Below, one piece after another: positions 27,961 to 39,080 of a stretch of DNA of 64,000 nt. Position 1 is the first letter of the stretch, and each line of letters starts with the position of its first letter. The position numbers and the translations under genes were made by a program. Source of the DNA: an uncultured delta proteobacterium (GTDB lineage: Bacteria; Desulfobacterota; Desulfobaccia; Desulfobaccales; 0-14-0-80-60-11). The notes beneath the pieces were generated by a model. It was not told where the DNA came from, did no database searches, and saw nothing but the letters and a program-made list of their open reading frames with translations. Where the stretch lies: the NCBI GenBank assembly GCA_963812015.1, contig CAWETI010000002.1:320001-384000 (forward strand). Direction: 5' to 3'.

Positions 27961-28124
27961 GATTTTTTGGGAGAGGGGGCCAGGGACAAAAGCCCCTGCC
28001 CCCTCTTCCAAACCCTCTCCCCCAACCCCATATATGTTTTTTACATAAGCATTAGGAGTAATGTAGGGCGGGCATTGCCCGCCATTATCCTGCTGCTGAC
28101 TGCTCACTATTAAAACAGGTAGAC

Positions 28125-29123
28125 TTGATGCCAAGACGTAACTGGCTAATCTGGCTGGGGGCCGCCCTACTACTCGCCCTGGCCTGGGGTTTGCCCGCTT
28201 CCGGCCTCCTCAACCCCTACGTGGTCCAGATCCTCATGTACGTGGGGATCAACATGATCCTCACCTTGAGCCTCAACCTGGTGAACGGCTACATGGGCGA
28301 ATTCTCCGTGGGCCACGCCGGGTTCATGGGCATCGGCGCCTATGCCGCCTCGGTGCTCACCGTGGCGGTGCTGCCCCCGTCCTGGGCGGTCCCTGCCTTC
28401 CCCCTCGTCCTGGTATGCGGCGGCGCCGCCGCGGCCGTGGCCGGGTTGATCGTGGCCTACCCTTCCTTCCGCACCCGGGGGGATTACCTGGCCATCGTCA
28501 CCCTGGCCTTCAACATGATCGTCAAGAGCGTGCTGGAGAATATCTCCTGGCTGGGGGGGCCCCGGGGTTACCTCGGAATGCCCCGGCTCACCAGCCTCTT
28601 CTGGGTGGCCGCCTGGGTGATGTTGACCCTGTGGATTTTGCGCAATCTGGTCTATTCCAACTTCGGCCGGGGGATCACCGCCATCCGGGAAGACGAAGTG
28701 GCCGCGAATCTCACCTCCGTAGACACCCGGCGTCTCAAGCTTTACGCCTTCCTGATTTCCGCCTTCTTCGCCGGGGTGGCCGGGGGCCTGTACGCCCACC
28801 TGCTCCAGTTCATCAATCCCCGGAGCTTCTCCATCCTGAAATCCACCGACATGCTGGTCATGGTCTACCTGGGAGGAGTGGGCAGCCTCACCGGGTCGCT
28901 CCTGGGGGCCGCCATCTTCACGGTGCTCCTGGAACTGCTCCGGCCCCTGGGCCTCTGGCGCTGGGTGGTGGGGCCGCTCTTGCTGGTCTTGCTCATGATC
29001 TTCCGGCCCCAGGGGCTCATGGGCTTTAAAGAGGCGCGCCTGTTCAAGCCCGCCTTGCCCCAGCCCGGCGGCGGCAGCCCCGGGCCCCCGGCTGCGCCCC
29101 ACCGCCTGGCCCCGGGCAGTTGA
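28125..29123 (+). CDS. livM: Branched-chain amino acid ABC permease
   Basis: SLNLVNGYMGEFSVGHAGF, RGDYLAIVTL, AIREDE. Confidence 0.9.
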   Translation: MMPRRNWLIWLGAALLLALAWGLPASGLLNPYVVQILMYVGINMILTLSLNLVNGYMGEFSVGHAGFMGIGAYAASVLTVAVLPPSWAVPAFPLVLVCGGAAAAVAGLIVAYPSFRTRGDYLAIVTLAFNMIVKSVLENISWLGGPRGYLGMPRLTSLFWVAAWVMLTLWILRNLVYSNFGRGITAIREDEVAANLTSVDTRRLKLYAFLISAFFAGVAGGLYAHLLQFINPRSFSILKSTDMLVMVYLGGVGSLTGSLLGAAIFTVLLELLRPLGLWRWVVGPLLLVLLMIFRPQGLMGFKEARLFKPALPQPGGGSPGPPAAPHRLAPGS

Positions 29124-29130
29124 CCCCATC

Positions 29131-29936
<806 letters not shown>

Positions 29937-29940
<4 letters not shown>

Positions 29941-30677
29941 AGGAGGCTCCGGCCCGTTCCCCCCTGCCCCCGCTCCTCGCGGTGGAAGATGTCTGGGTGT
30001 CCTATGATCGCATCGACGCGGTCCGGGGGGTTTCCTTTGACGTGGGGGTAGGGGAGATCGTCACCCTCATCGGGGCCAACGGCGCAGGCAAATCCTCGAT
30101 TTTGCAGGCCATCTCAGGGATGTTGCGGGTGGCCCGGGGCAGGGTGACCCTGGCCGGGGAGGAGCTCCTGACGGTGCCGGCCCACCTGAGGGTTGAGCGG
30201 GGCATCGCCCACGTCCCGGAGGGCCGGGGCATTTTTGGCAACCTGACGGTGCTGGAGAACCTGCGTCTGGCCGCCTACCGGCGCCGGGACCCCGACATCC
30301 GGCGGGACCTGGAGGAGGTTTTCAGCCATTTTCCCCGGTTGGCGGAACGCCGGCGGCAGTGGGGCAATACCCTTTCCGGGGGGGAGCAGCAGATGCTGGC
30401 GATGGGCCGGGCCTTGATGAGCCGGGCCCGGCTCCTGCTCCTGGACGAACCCTCCATGGGACTGGCGCCCCTGCTGGTCCGGGAGATCTTCCGGGTGATC
30501 CAGCGCATCAACCGGCAGGGCACCGCCATCCTCCTGGTGGAGCAAAACGCCCACCTGGCGTTGGAGGTGGCGCGCCGCGCCTATATCCTGGAAACGGGAG
30601 AGATCGTCCTGAGCGGCCCGGCGAGGGAACTGCGCCACCATCCCCAGGTCCTGGCGGCCTATCTGGGCGGGGCGTGA
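29937..30677 (+). CDS. livF: Branched-chain amino acid ABC ATPase
   Basis: GANGAGKS, VPEGR, LSGGEQQM, LLDEPS; ATG 29937 overlaps the livG stop. Confidence 0.92.
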
Positions 30678-30732
30678 AGGAGGGCCGGGGGAAGCCCTTA
30701 CGAAGAATTTCCCCGCCCCTCCCCTCAATATC

Positions 30733-31584
30733 CTAAATTTTGCCTGTCTTCCGCTCCGTGATGTCCTGAATAAAACCTTCGTAGTAGCTGATGACGCCCT
30801 GTTCGTCCCGCACGGCTCGGGCGGTCGCGGCTACCCAGATGATGCTGCCGTCTTTGCGGTATATTTGGTACTCCCGGTCCCGGACGACTCCCGCCTCGGC
30901 CATTTCTTGCCGGAATTCATCCCGTTGCTGCGGGTCGACAAAGGTCTGGTGGCCGAGGTCCATGATGCCGGCGATCATCTCCTCGGGGGAATCATAGCCG
31001 TGCATCCGGGCCAGGGCCGGGTTGACGCTGAGCAGACGGCCATCGGGCGTGCTCTGGAAGATGCCGATCACGGCGTTGTCGAAGATCCCCCGGTATTTGG
31101 CTTCGGCCTCTTTTAAAGCCTTTTCCGTCTGTTTGTGGGCGGTGACATCCTGAATCATGGCCATCTTGGACATGCTGCCGTCGGGATGCCGGATGGGGGT
31201 GTTGACCACATAATACCAGCGGAGGTCTCTGGGGCTGAGCACCTCCCAGCGCACCGTCTCTCCCCCGAAGACCCGCTCGTTGACGCACCAGGGGCAAACA
31301 TCATCCCGGTCATGAAGCACCTGGTAGCATTTTTGCCCCAAGGGATAGCTCCCGGTGTGCTCAATGAAGCGCTGGTTCATGAATTCCACTTCATAGTTTT
31401 GGGAGCAGATGTAGATGAAGCCATCGAAGGCTTCAATGATCGCTTCATATTGGGCCCATAAATCCCGCCAGGCCTCGGATGACCGTTGGTACCGGGACTC
31501 TTCCTGCTCCACGGCCGCCACTTTTTGCCGCAGCACCGTTAATTCGGCGATGAGGTCGGCTTTATCCCGGTCTTCGTCTTTCAT
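30733..31584 (-). CDS. Coiled-coil plus two PAS domains, no output domain
   Basis: PAS/PAC motifs ending IQDVT and IQDITERK; KCY..H..CPWC in the first PAS. Confidence 0.8.
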   Translation of the reverse strand: MKDEDRDKADLIAELTVLRQKVAAVEQEESRYQRSSEAWRDLWAQYEAIIEAFDGFIYICSQNYEVEFMNQRFIEHTGSYPLGQKCYQVLHDRDDVCPWCVNERVFGGETVRWEVLSPRDLRWYYVVNTPIRHPDGSMSKMAMIQDVTAHKQTEKALKEAEAKYRGIFDNAVIGIFQSTPDGRLLSVNPALARMHGYDSPEEMIAGIMDLGHQTFVDPQQRDEFRQEMAEAGVVRDREYQIYRKDGSIIWVAATARAVRDEQGVISYYEGFIQDITERKTGKI

Positions 31585-31697
31585 CTGCTTCCTTACCTGT
31601 GGTAAGAATACCTCAGCTTTCCGGACCTTGGTGAATGCTAATTCAATTATAGCAAAATAACCCGATCTTACGAGATGGCTAACCCGGGGCCGACCCC

Positions 31698-32216
31698 TCA
31701 GTCTTCGACAATTTTCTCGATATGAAAGACCTGGAGATACAAACCCGGATTCAGCCGGCTGAGTTCGCCATAGAGATAAACCTGGTCCAGCCGCTTCAGC
31801 TTATACTCCTCGGCCTGCTGGGGCGTTATGGCCGCCAGGTCGTAGTAGCCGGTCAGGTCATTCGTGGCGTAGGTGGAGAACCATTGGAGCTGATACCACC
31901 TGACGGGATACCGCGGCAGGGTGAGATAATTCCGGACTATGGCCGGGTCATAAACCAGATATTGCCAGAAATACGCCTTCACCCGAATTTTCTGACCTTC
32001 GTGGAGGCCGGCCTGGCCAGGCGCCAGGAGATCCTGGTAGGCTATGGGAGTGTAGATCTGAGGGTCAAAGGTGGCGGGCCGCGGCCGGAGTTCACCGCAG
32101 GCGCACCAACTCAACAGGCCGCATAGGAGGAGGACCCCCAGCCGGCGGGATGGGCGGGGGCGCCGGACCCCTCCGGGGGCCAAGGGCAGACGGAGACGGA
32201 AGAATGATTTTTTCAT
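31698..32216 (-). CDS. Hypothetical protein, possible lipoprotein
   Basis: Hydrophobic stretch ending CACG; start uncertain. Confidence 0.55.
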   Translation of the reverse strand: MKKSFFRLRLPLAPGGVRRPRPSRRLGVLLLCGLLSWCACGELRPRPATFDPQIYTPIAYQDLLAPGQAGLHEGQKIRVKAYFWQYLVYDPAIVRNYLTLPRYPVRWYQLQWFSTYATNDLTGYYDLAAITPQQAEEYKLKRLDQVYLYGELSRLNPGLYLQVFHIEKIVED

Positions 32217-32282
32217 GGGAGTCGCCTTATCCGCAGTCTGGCCTATAATATATGAAAAGGCTTGAAATGAGGAGATGTTGTT

Positions 32283-32558
32283 ATGGCCTGTCCCATAATT
32301 ATCCGCCGTCACGAGGGCTGCCAGTCCTACCTGGTGCTGGACGATAACCCCCGGGAGTTACTGCGTCATGTAGGCTTTGCCGAACAGTTTTCCGTGCGTC
32401 CCTGGACGGGGTCCCTGGACCCCCTGGATGCCCTGGAAGAATGGGCGGAAATGCTGGGGGAGGACCAGGACGACTACGTGATTACCGATGCGGAGCATCG
32501 GGATTACTGCCAGGAATGCTCTTGTTGGGATGACGTCCAAATGTGGCCTCAGCGCTAA
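32283..32558 (+). CDS. Hypothetical acidic protein
   Basis: RBS GAGGAG; plausible composition; C-terminal YCQECSCW. Confidence 0.6.
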   Translation: MACPIIIRRHEGCQSYLVLDDNPRELLRHVGFAEQFSVRPWTGSLDPLDALEEWAEMLGEDQDDYVITDAEHRDYCQECSCWDDVQMWPQR

Positions 32559-32706
32559 CCCCTGGTCCCGGAATTAACGAGATCGAGAGTTCCACACCGG
32601 TGTTTTTAGGGGAGCGCCAGGGGAAATAGTATCATTGATTCCCCTGGCTTTCCTTGGCCCCCTTTCCCAAAGATCTTTTCCCAGACTTCTCAAAGGCGGG
32701 TTAGCC

Positions 32707-33945
32707 TCACTCCGCCATCAGGCACACGTGGGCCAGCACCTTGGCGTCCCCCAGGAGATGGCTCAGGAAACAAAATTCGTTGGGCTGGTGGGCGCAGTCG
32801 TTGGCGCTCATCCACACCGCGGCGGGCAGCCCTGCCTTGCGAAAGAAGGCGGCCACGGTGCCGCCGCCGATCCCCTGGGGTGTGGCTTGCCGGCCGTAAA
32901 CCTCTCGAATGGCCTGTTGCAGGGCTTGCACCACTGGAGCCTCCGGCGGGGTGGGCGGCGCGCTGGCCAGGGTTTGCACCGCTTCCACTTCCACGCTGAC
33001 CCCGAATTTTGCGGCCGCTTCCGTGGCGATGGCCCGGACGCGCTCCTGGACCTGGGCCAAGTCGTAGTCCGGCAAGACCCGGCAATCCAAATAAAAGACG
33101 TTCCGCCCCGGAATGGTGTTGATGTTGGGCACGTTGGCCTCTTTTTTGGTGGGCTCGAAGGTGCTCATCGGGGGCCGGAACAGCGGGTTGTGCAAGGGGA
33201 ATTCCCGTTGCAAGTCATCGAGGGCCACGATGGCGTAGGCCGCGGCCCGCAGGGTATTTTTGGCCTTGTGCGGCCGGGAGGCGTGGGCCTGTTCCCCCAG
33301 CAGCGTCAACTTGAGCCACAGGATGCTCTTTTCCGCCACCTCGATCATGGTGCCGTCATTGCTGCCGGCATCGGGAACGATGATCAGATCCTTCTCGGAA
33401 AAAAGGTGAGGCTGCTCCCGGAGTAAGTAGGCCAGGCCGCGCTCGTTGCCGGTCTCTTCGTCCGCCACCAGGGCCAGGGCCAGGGTGCGCTGAGGGGTGA
33501 TCTTGAGATCTAGGAAAGCCTTTACGGCCATGAGCGACATGACGATGCCGTGATGGTCGTCTTCCGTGCCCCGGCCGTAGAGGCGGTCGCCGTCCACCCT
33601 GAGGGTGAAGGGGTCGGACTTCCAGAGGCTGAGATCCCCCGGGGGCACCACGTCGGTATGACTCAGGACCCAGACCTTCTCCGGCCTTTTTCCGGGCAGG
33701 CAGGCCACCAGGTTGGGGCGCGTCCCACCCGGCACCCGGTGATCCGGGGCCGGATAGTTGTCGACTGCAAGGCCCCAACTTTCCAGCAGTTCCGTCAGAA
33801 AGAGCGCTTTGTCGGCCTCGCCCACCCCCCCCACTTCCGGCCCCAACGCCACCCGGCTAACCAGGTCCCGTTGGAGTTCGATCACTGATTCTTGATACGT
33901 ATCCAGGCGCTCGCCCAGGAGCCGGAACATCTCATCTTTCGTCAT
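32707..33945 (-). CDS. M20 family metallo-hydrolase (ArgE/DapE-like)
   Basis: SHTDVVP, YGRGTED, DEETG, HAS, NTIPG, AHQPNE. Confidence 0.9.
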   Translation of the reverse strand: MTKDEMFRLLGERLDTYQESVIELQRDLVSRVALGPEVGGVGEADKALFLTELLESWGLAVDNYPAPDHRVPGGTRPNLVACLPGKRPEKVWVLSHTDVVPPGDLSLWKSDPFTLRVDGDRLYGRGTEDDHHGIVMSLMAVKAFLDLKITPQRTLALALVADEETGNERGLAYLLREQPHLFSEKDLIIVPDAGSNDGTMIEVAEKSILWLKLTLLGEQAHASRPHKAKNTLRAAAYAIVALDDLQREFPLHNPLFRPPMSTFEPTKKEANVPNINTIPGRNVFYLDCRVLPDYDLAQVQERVRAIATEAAAKFGVSVEVEAVQTLASAPPTPPEAPVVQALQQAIREVYGRQATPQGIGGGTVAAFFRKAGLPAAVWMSANDCAHQPNEFCFLSHLLGDAKVLAHVCLMAE

Positions 33946-34199
33946 TATCCATCCTGCCTCTACCGGAGTCGGTGGTGCGGTGGTATCGTGCCAATTAGCC
34001 CAGCGCCCTTGAGAAAAATGACCATCTGGCGCCACCGGGCTTTTCCTTGTTGGCGCCATCATATATAATTCGAGTGCCGGATGACAAGAAGAGTTTGGGT
34101 GGACCCCCGGGCGACGCCTCTGGCCCCGAGTCCATGGTGATGCCAACCGATTCCGGCATCTCTCAGCAAAATACTATCCGTCCTTTGGGAGGAAGCTTT

Positions 34200-34607
34200 A
34201 TGAAGATCAAACGCATCGCCCATCTGGGCATCGCGGTGAAGGACCTGGACCCCCCGAAAAAACTCTATGCCGAAAATCTTGGCCTGAAATTGGTGGGTGA
34301 TGCAGTGGTGGAAGCCCAGAAAGTCAAGGTGAGTTTCATCAAAGTCGGGGAAAGCAACCTGGAATTGCTCCTGCCCACCTCGGCCGACAGCGCCGTGGCC
34401 AAGTTCCTGGAAACCAAGGGCGAAGGCTTCCACCACCTGGCCCTGGAGGTGGAGGATATCCACGCCGCAGTGGCGGAATTGAAAGCTGCGGGCGTACGGC
34501 TCATCGATGAAAAACCCCGGGAGGGGGCCCACGGGGCTCTGGTGGCCTTTATCCACCCCAAGGCCACCTTTGGTCTCCTCGTGGAATTGTGCCAGTATCC
34601 CCACTGA
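34200..34607 (+). CDS. mce: Methylmalonyl-CoA epimerase
   Basis: HLGIAV, NLELL, KGEGFHHLA, FIHPKAT.G.LVEL. Confidence 0.92.
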   Translation: MKIKRIAHLGIAVKDLDPPKKLYAENLGLKLVGDAVVEAQKVKVSFIKVGESNLELLLPTSADSAVAKFLETKGEGFHHLALEVEDIHAAVAELKAAGVRLIDEKPREGAHGALVAFIHPKATFGLLVELCQYPH

Positions 34608-34619
34608 GACTAAACCGCC

Positions 34620-35420
34620 ATGGGGATAAGCATCACGGCCCTGGTGGCCCAGGTCCAGGTCAATATCCCCTTTCCGTTTTTGCAGGCCGGGTATCTGGAG
34701 AAGTTTTTACAGCGGGGTCTCAATCCGGAGATTGGCCTAGATGCCTATAGCCTGGGCCACTACCCCCCCGGGGTCTTTCGCCGGGCGGGGTCCACTTTTC
34801 AGAGGGCCGGACGGCGGATAACCCTCCACGGCCCCTTTCAAGACCTGGCCCCGGGGGCGCTGGACGATGGCGTTCTGGCGGCAGCGCGCCGCCGTTTGCG
34901 CCAGGCCTTCCGCTATCTCCCGGTGTTTCGGCCGGTGGCGGTGGTCTGCCACCTGGGCTATGAAGCCCGCCATTACCGCTGGGATCAAGAGCGCTGGCTG
35001 GCCCGCAGCGCCGCCACCTGGAAGGAGTTGGCCGCCCTGGCGGCCCCTTACGGCGTGACGGTGATGCTGGAAAATGTCTATGAGACCGACCCGGAACTTT
35101 TTCTGGAGGTCCTGGGCCGGGTAGGGGCGCCTAATCTTAAAGTCTGCTTTGACGTGGGGCACCTGCTGGCCTTTAGCACCGGCGACTTCCCCCACTGGCT
35201 CAAGACCCTGACTCCGGTCATCGGCCACCTCCACCTCCACGACAACCACGGGGACGCCGATGCCCACCTGGCCCTGGGCGCCGGCCAGGTCCCCGTCCGC
35301 GACACCCTCGACTACCTGGCGAGCCGGGGGCGCCGGCCCTTTATTACCCTGGAGCCTCACCAGGAAGGCAGCCTGGACCCGTCCCTGGAATACCTGGCCG
35401 CCATCTGGCCCTGGGATTAG
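34620..35420 (+). CDS. Sugar phosphate isomerase/epimerase family TIM barrel
   Basis: TLHGPF, LENV, CFDVGH, HLHDNHG..DAHL, TLE. Confidence 0.85.
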   Translation: MGISITALVAQVQVNIPFPFLQAGYLEKFLQRGLNPEIGLDAYSLGHYPPGVFRRAGSTFQRAGRRITLHGPFQDLAPGALDDGVLAAARRRLRQAFRYLPVFRPVAVVCHLGYEARHYRWDQERWLARSAATWKELAALAAPYGVTVMLENVYETDPELFLEVLGRVGAPNLKVCFDVGHLLAFSTGDFPHWLKTLTPVIGHLHLHDNHGDADAHLALGAGQVPVRDTLDYLASRGRRPFITLEPHQEGSLDPSLEYLAAIWPWD

Positions 35421-35606
35421 CCGCGCCGCCGCACTTCTCGCTGCGCCCCCGCTTTTGCCTTAATTGCTTTACAGCCGGGGGGCGAAGGGATAGAATAAAT
35501 CAGCTTCGATAACTTGGTCTATATATTGGCAAACTCCCCCCGGGCCGGTGATGGTGAAGCCTGCCGGTCCCGGGGTGGCAACAGATACGAGGACACGGTC
35601 GGCGCA

Positions 35607-36767
35607 ATGAAGTCCCTGGCTATTCTCGGTTCCACCGGCTCCATCGGCCAAAGCACTTTGGCGGTGGTGGCCGAACACCCGGATGAGTTTACAGTGGCGG
35701 GGTTGGCCGCCGGCCAGAACGTCAAGGTCCTGGCCGACCAGATCCGGCAATTTCGCCCGGCCCGGGTGTCGGTGCAGAGTGAGGCGGTAGCCGCTCATTT
35801 GCGGGAGCTGGTGCCTGCCGATGCAGCCCCTGAAATCCTCTGGGGCCGGGCCGGGGTACGGGAAGTGGCGGTGGCCTCCGGGGCTGAGCTGGTGGTTTCA
35901 GCCATGGTGGGGGCGGTGGGGTTGGAACCCACCCTGGCCGCCATTGACGCCGGCCTGACGGTGGCCCTGGCCAACAAAGAGACCCTGGTGGCCGCCGGTT
36001 CCCTGGTGATGGCCGCGGCGGCCAAACGGGGCGTGCCCATCATCCCGGTGGACAGTGAACACAGCGCCATCTTTCAGGCGCTCCACGGCCAGCGCCGGGA
36101 GGATATCCGGCGGCTCTGGCTCACCGCGTCCGGGGGGCCGTTTCGCACCTGGGACCTGGACCAGTTGCGCCGGGCTACGGCCGCCCAAGCTTTGAAACAT
36201 CCCAACTGGAGCATGGGGCCCAAGATCACCATCGACTCGGCCACCATGATGAACAAGGCCCTGGAGGTTATCGAGGCTGCGGTGCTCTTCGGCCTCCCCG
36301 TGGATCAGGTGGGGGTTTACATCCATCCCCAGAGTATCGTCCATTCCCTGGTGGATTTTGTGGACGGCTCGGTATTGGCCCAGCTGGGGGTGCCGGACAT
36401 GCGTCTGCCCATCGCCTATGCCCTGACCTACCCTCGGCGCCTGCCCCTGAACTCGCCGCCCCTGGACCTGTGCCAGGTGGGCCAACTCACCTTTGAGGCT
36501 CCCGACACGACCCGTTTTCCGGGGTTGGCCCTGGGATACGCCGCGGCCCGGGCCGGAGGCACCATGCCCGCGGTGCTCAACGCCGCCAACGAAATGGCCG
36601 TGGCCGCTTTCCTCCAAGGCCAGATCACGTTTATGGACATCCCCCGTACGGTTTCGGCCACCATGGACGCCCACCAGCATCAGCCCCTGGAAAACCTGGA
36701 GCAGGTCCTGGCCGTCAATCGCTGGGCCCGGGATTTTGCCCACGGTTTGATCCACCGGGGAATTTAG
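35607..36767 (+). CDS. dxr: 1-deoxy-D-xylulose 5-phosphate reductoisomerase
   Basis: ILGSTGSIG, LANKE, PVDSEHSA, TASGGPF, HPNWSMG, NAANE. Confidence 0.97.
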   Translation: MKSLAILGSTGSIGQSTLAVVAEHPDEFTVAGLAAGQNVKVLADQIRQFRPARVSVQSEAVAAHLRELVPADAAPEILWGRAGVREVAVASGAELVVSAMVGAVGLEPTLAAIDAGLTVALANKETLVAAGSLVMAAAAKRGVPIIPVDSEHSAIFQALHGQRREDIRRLWLTASGGPFRTWDLDQLRRATAAQALKHPNWSMGPKITIDSATMMNKALEVIEAAVLFGLPVDQVGVYIHPQSIVHSLVDFVDGSVLAQLGVPDMRLPIAYALTYPRRLPLNSPPLDLCQVGQLTFEAPDTTRFPGLALGYAAARAGGTMPAVLNAANEMAVAAFLQGQITFMDIPRTVSATMDAHQHQPLENLEQVLAVNRWARDFAHGLIHRGI

Positions 36768-36836
36768 CGCCTTCCGGCGAGCCGTGGTCACGCATTGTAT
36801 GATTAACTTCTCTCCCACAGGAGCATACCGACCTTT

Positions 36837-37904
36837 ATGATGACCGTTTTGGCGACCATCATCGTCTTGGGGGTCCTGGTCTTCGTCCACGAATTAGGCC
36901 ATTTCCTCATGGCCAAACTCTTCGGAGTGCGGGTGGACGCCTTTTCCCTCGGGTTCCCGCCTAAATTGCTGCACAAAAAAATCGGGGATACGGATTACCG
37001 CTTGTCCGTGGTGCCCCTGGGCGGCTATGTTAAGTTATTCGGGGAAAATCCCAAGGATGAAGTGCCTCCCGCATTGGAACCGGTATCATTTTCCCATCAC
37101 CCGCTCTGGCACCGGTTTATCATCGTGATGGCCGGGCCCGCCTTTAATTTGCTTTTTGCCGTTCTGGCCCTCTATCTGGTCTTTGCCTTGTCCGGCGTTC
37201 CCTATCTCGGCACCACGATCGGCGGAGTGAAAGAGGGGTCCCCCGCCGCACAGGCGGGCCTGGAAAAGGGCGACAAGATCCTGATATTGGCGGGTCAGAA
37301 GGTGAGCCGCTGGGAAGAACTCTCCCGGGAAATCCGCCGGATCGGGGAACATCCCGTGACCCTGTCGGTCCAACGGGGCGACCGGGTTTTCGAGATCCGG
37401 GTGACTCCCCAACCCATGGAAACCACCGACATCTTCGGGTCCAAAGTATCGGCCATGATCATCGGCATCACTTCCGGGGATCAAGTAGGGGTGGAGCACG
37501 TCGGCCCCTTCCGGGCCCTGGGGCTGGGCGTCGATTACACCGGTCGCCTTGTCTGGCTGACCGTGGAGAGCTTTTATAAACTGGCGGCCCGGGAAGTGCC
37601 CCTGAAGAGCCTCGGCGGCCCCATCCTCATCGCCCAGGTAGCGGGCAAGCAGGCGGAGATAGGTTGGGCTGCCCTGGTGCAGTTTATGGCGGCCCTGAGC
37701 GTCAATCTCTTCCTGCTCAACCTCCTGCCCATCCCGGTGCTGGATGGCGGCCACCTGTTTTTCTTTACCCTGGAGGCGATCCGGGGCAAGCCGCTGCCGC
37801 TGCAACATCGGGAGATGGCCCAGGGCTTGGGCCTGATGTTGATCCTGGCTTTGATGATCCTGGTCTTTTATCAGGATATTCTGCGCCTGGTAAATACCCA
37901 GTAA
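36837..37904 (+). CDS. rseP: RIP metalloprotease RseP
   Basis: HELGH, PLGGYV, PDZ domain, NLLPIPVLDGG. Confidence 0.95.
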   Translation: MMTVLATIIVLGVLVFVHELGHFLMAKLFGVRVDAFSLGFPPKLLHKKIGDTDYRLSVVPLGGYVKLFGENPKDEVPPALEPVSFSHHPLWHRFIIVMAGPAFNLLFAVLALYLVFALSGVPYLGTTIGGVKEGSPAAQAGLEKGDKILILAGQKVSRWEELSREIRRIGEHPVTLSVQRGDRVFEIRVTPQPMETTDIFGSKVSAMIIGITSGDQVGVEHVGPFRALGLGVDYTGRLVWLTVESFYKLAAREVPLKSLGGPILIAQVAGKQAEIGWAALVQFMAALSVNLFLLNLLPIPVLDGGHLFFFTLEAIRGKPLPLQHREMAQGLGLMLILALMILVFYQDILRLVNTQ

Positions 37905-38042
37905 TGATACCGTTTGCGGTTTTCCGTTAATCAAAGCGTAGCGCGGGTGCCCTCGCCTGCGATGAGATGAGTTACGGACAGACGAGGGCGGCTGTCCCAC
38001 ATGTGCTTTTCCGAAGCAGTCTCATGGAATAAGAATAAGCCC

Positions 38043-38705
38043 ATGCTCATTCTGGCCCTGGATACCGCCACCGAACAGGGCAGCCTGGCCCTCATGGCGG
38101 ATGACCGGGTGCTGAGGGAATCCTCCCTGGAAAGCCACGGCACCTACCTGAGCCGGGTGATGCCCGGGGTGGAAGCGATCCTGACCGAGGCCGGCCGGAC
38201 CCCGGCGGACCTGGATGCCGTGGCGGTGAGCGTCGGCCCCGGCAACTTTACCGGGCTCCGCATCGGCCTGGCCACCGCCAAGACCCTGGCCTGGTCCCTC
38301 AGATGCCCCTTAGTGCCGGTGCCCACCCTGGAAGTGCTGGCGGCCCGGTTTGCCGGTGCCCCTCACCCCATCGGGGTGATCATTGACGCCAAGCGCGGCG
38401 AAGTCTTCTGGGGGTTGTTCCGGTGCCCGGAGGATCAGCCCCAGCTCCTGGAAGGCCCGCTGCGTCTGCCGGCCTCGGACCTGCCGGCCCGGCTGCCTCG
38501 GCCCCTGCTGCTCACCGGCCCCGGTCTTACGGTTTACCAGGAAATGCTGGCTCCCCTGCTCCCCCCGGAGATTATCCTGGCCCCGCCGGAGGCCCGCTGG
38601 CCCCGGGCTGCGATCCTGGCCCGGCTGGCCAGGCGCCGCCTCAAGCTGGGCCTGACCGCAGCCCCCGCCCAACTGGTCCCCACCTACCTACGCCCGGCGT
38701 TGTGA
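38043..38705 (+). CDS. tsaB: t6A biosynthesis protein TsaB
   Basis: ILALDTAT, GPGNFTGLRIG, DAKRGEV, PTYLR. Confidence 0.93.
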   Translation: MLILALDTATEQGSLALMADDRVLRESSLESHGTYLSRVMPGVEAILTEAGRTPADLDAVAVSVGPGNFTGLRIGLATAKTLAWSLRCPLVPVPTLEVLAARFAGAPHPIGVIIDAKRGEVFWGLFRCPEDQPQLLEGPLRLPASDLPARLPRPLLLTGPGLTVYQEMLAPLLPPEIILAPPEARWPRAAILARLARRRLKLGLTAAPAQLVPTYLRPAL

Positions 38706-38726
38706 TCAAGTTATATTTACTGCTAA

Positions 38727-38905
38727 TAGCGTTTGCCAAAAATTCCTTCTCAGCGATGGTTTTTAAATCCCCCTAAATCCCCCTTTTTCAAAGGGGGACT
38801 TTAAAAGAAATTCCGCTAAGTTCCCCCCTTTGGAAAAGGGGGGGTAGGGGGGATTTAGGTTTTTGGAGCATGTGCCATAACGGGAAAAACTTTTGGCAAT
38901 TGCTA
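38727..38905. mobile_element. MITE-like element carrying CCCCC-N-GGGGG hairpins
   Basis: Terminal inverted repeats TAGCGTTTGCCAAAA / TTTTGGCAATTGCTA. Confidence 0.65.
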
Positions 38906-38918
38906 TAACTATGACAAT

Positions 38919-39064
38919 TTGAGGGGAGGACCGGGAAAATTTTTTGTAAGTAATTCCCCCACCCTCCCCTTAAACTTCCCTCCCAACGCCCTGTATGGGG
39001 GTTGGGGGAGAGGGTTTGGGAGAGGGGGCAGGGGCCGTCGGCCCCTGGCCCCCTCTCCCAAAAA
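38919..39064. repeat. ~145-bp G/C-tract intergenic repeat
   Basis: Reverse complement aligns with 60911-61056; partial copies near 27965-28032, 30680-30727, 42652-42712 and 43890-43975. Confidence 0.7.
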
Positions 39065-39080
39065 CAGATTTACGCCCCTC

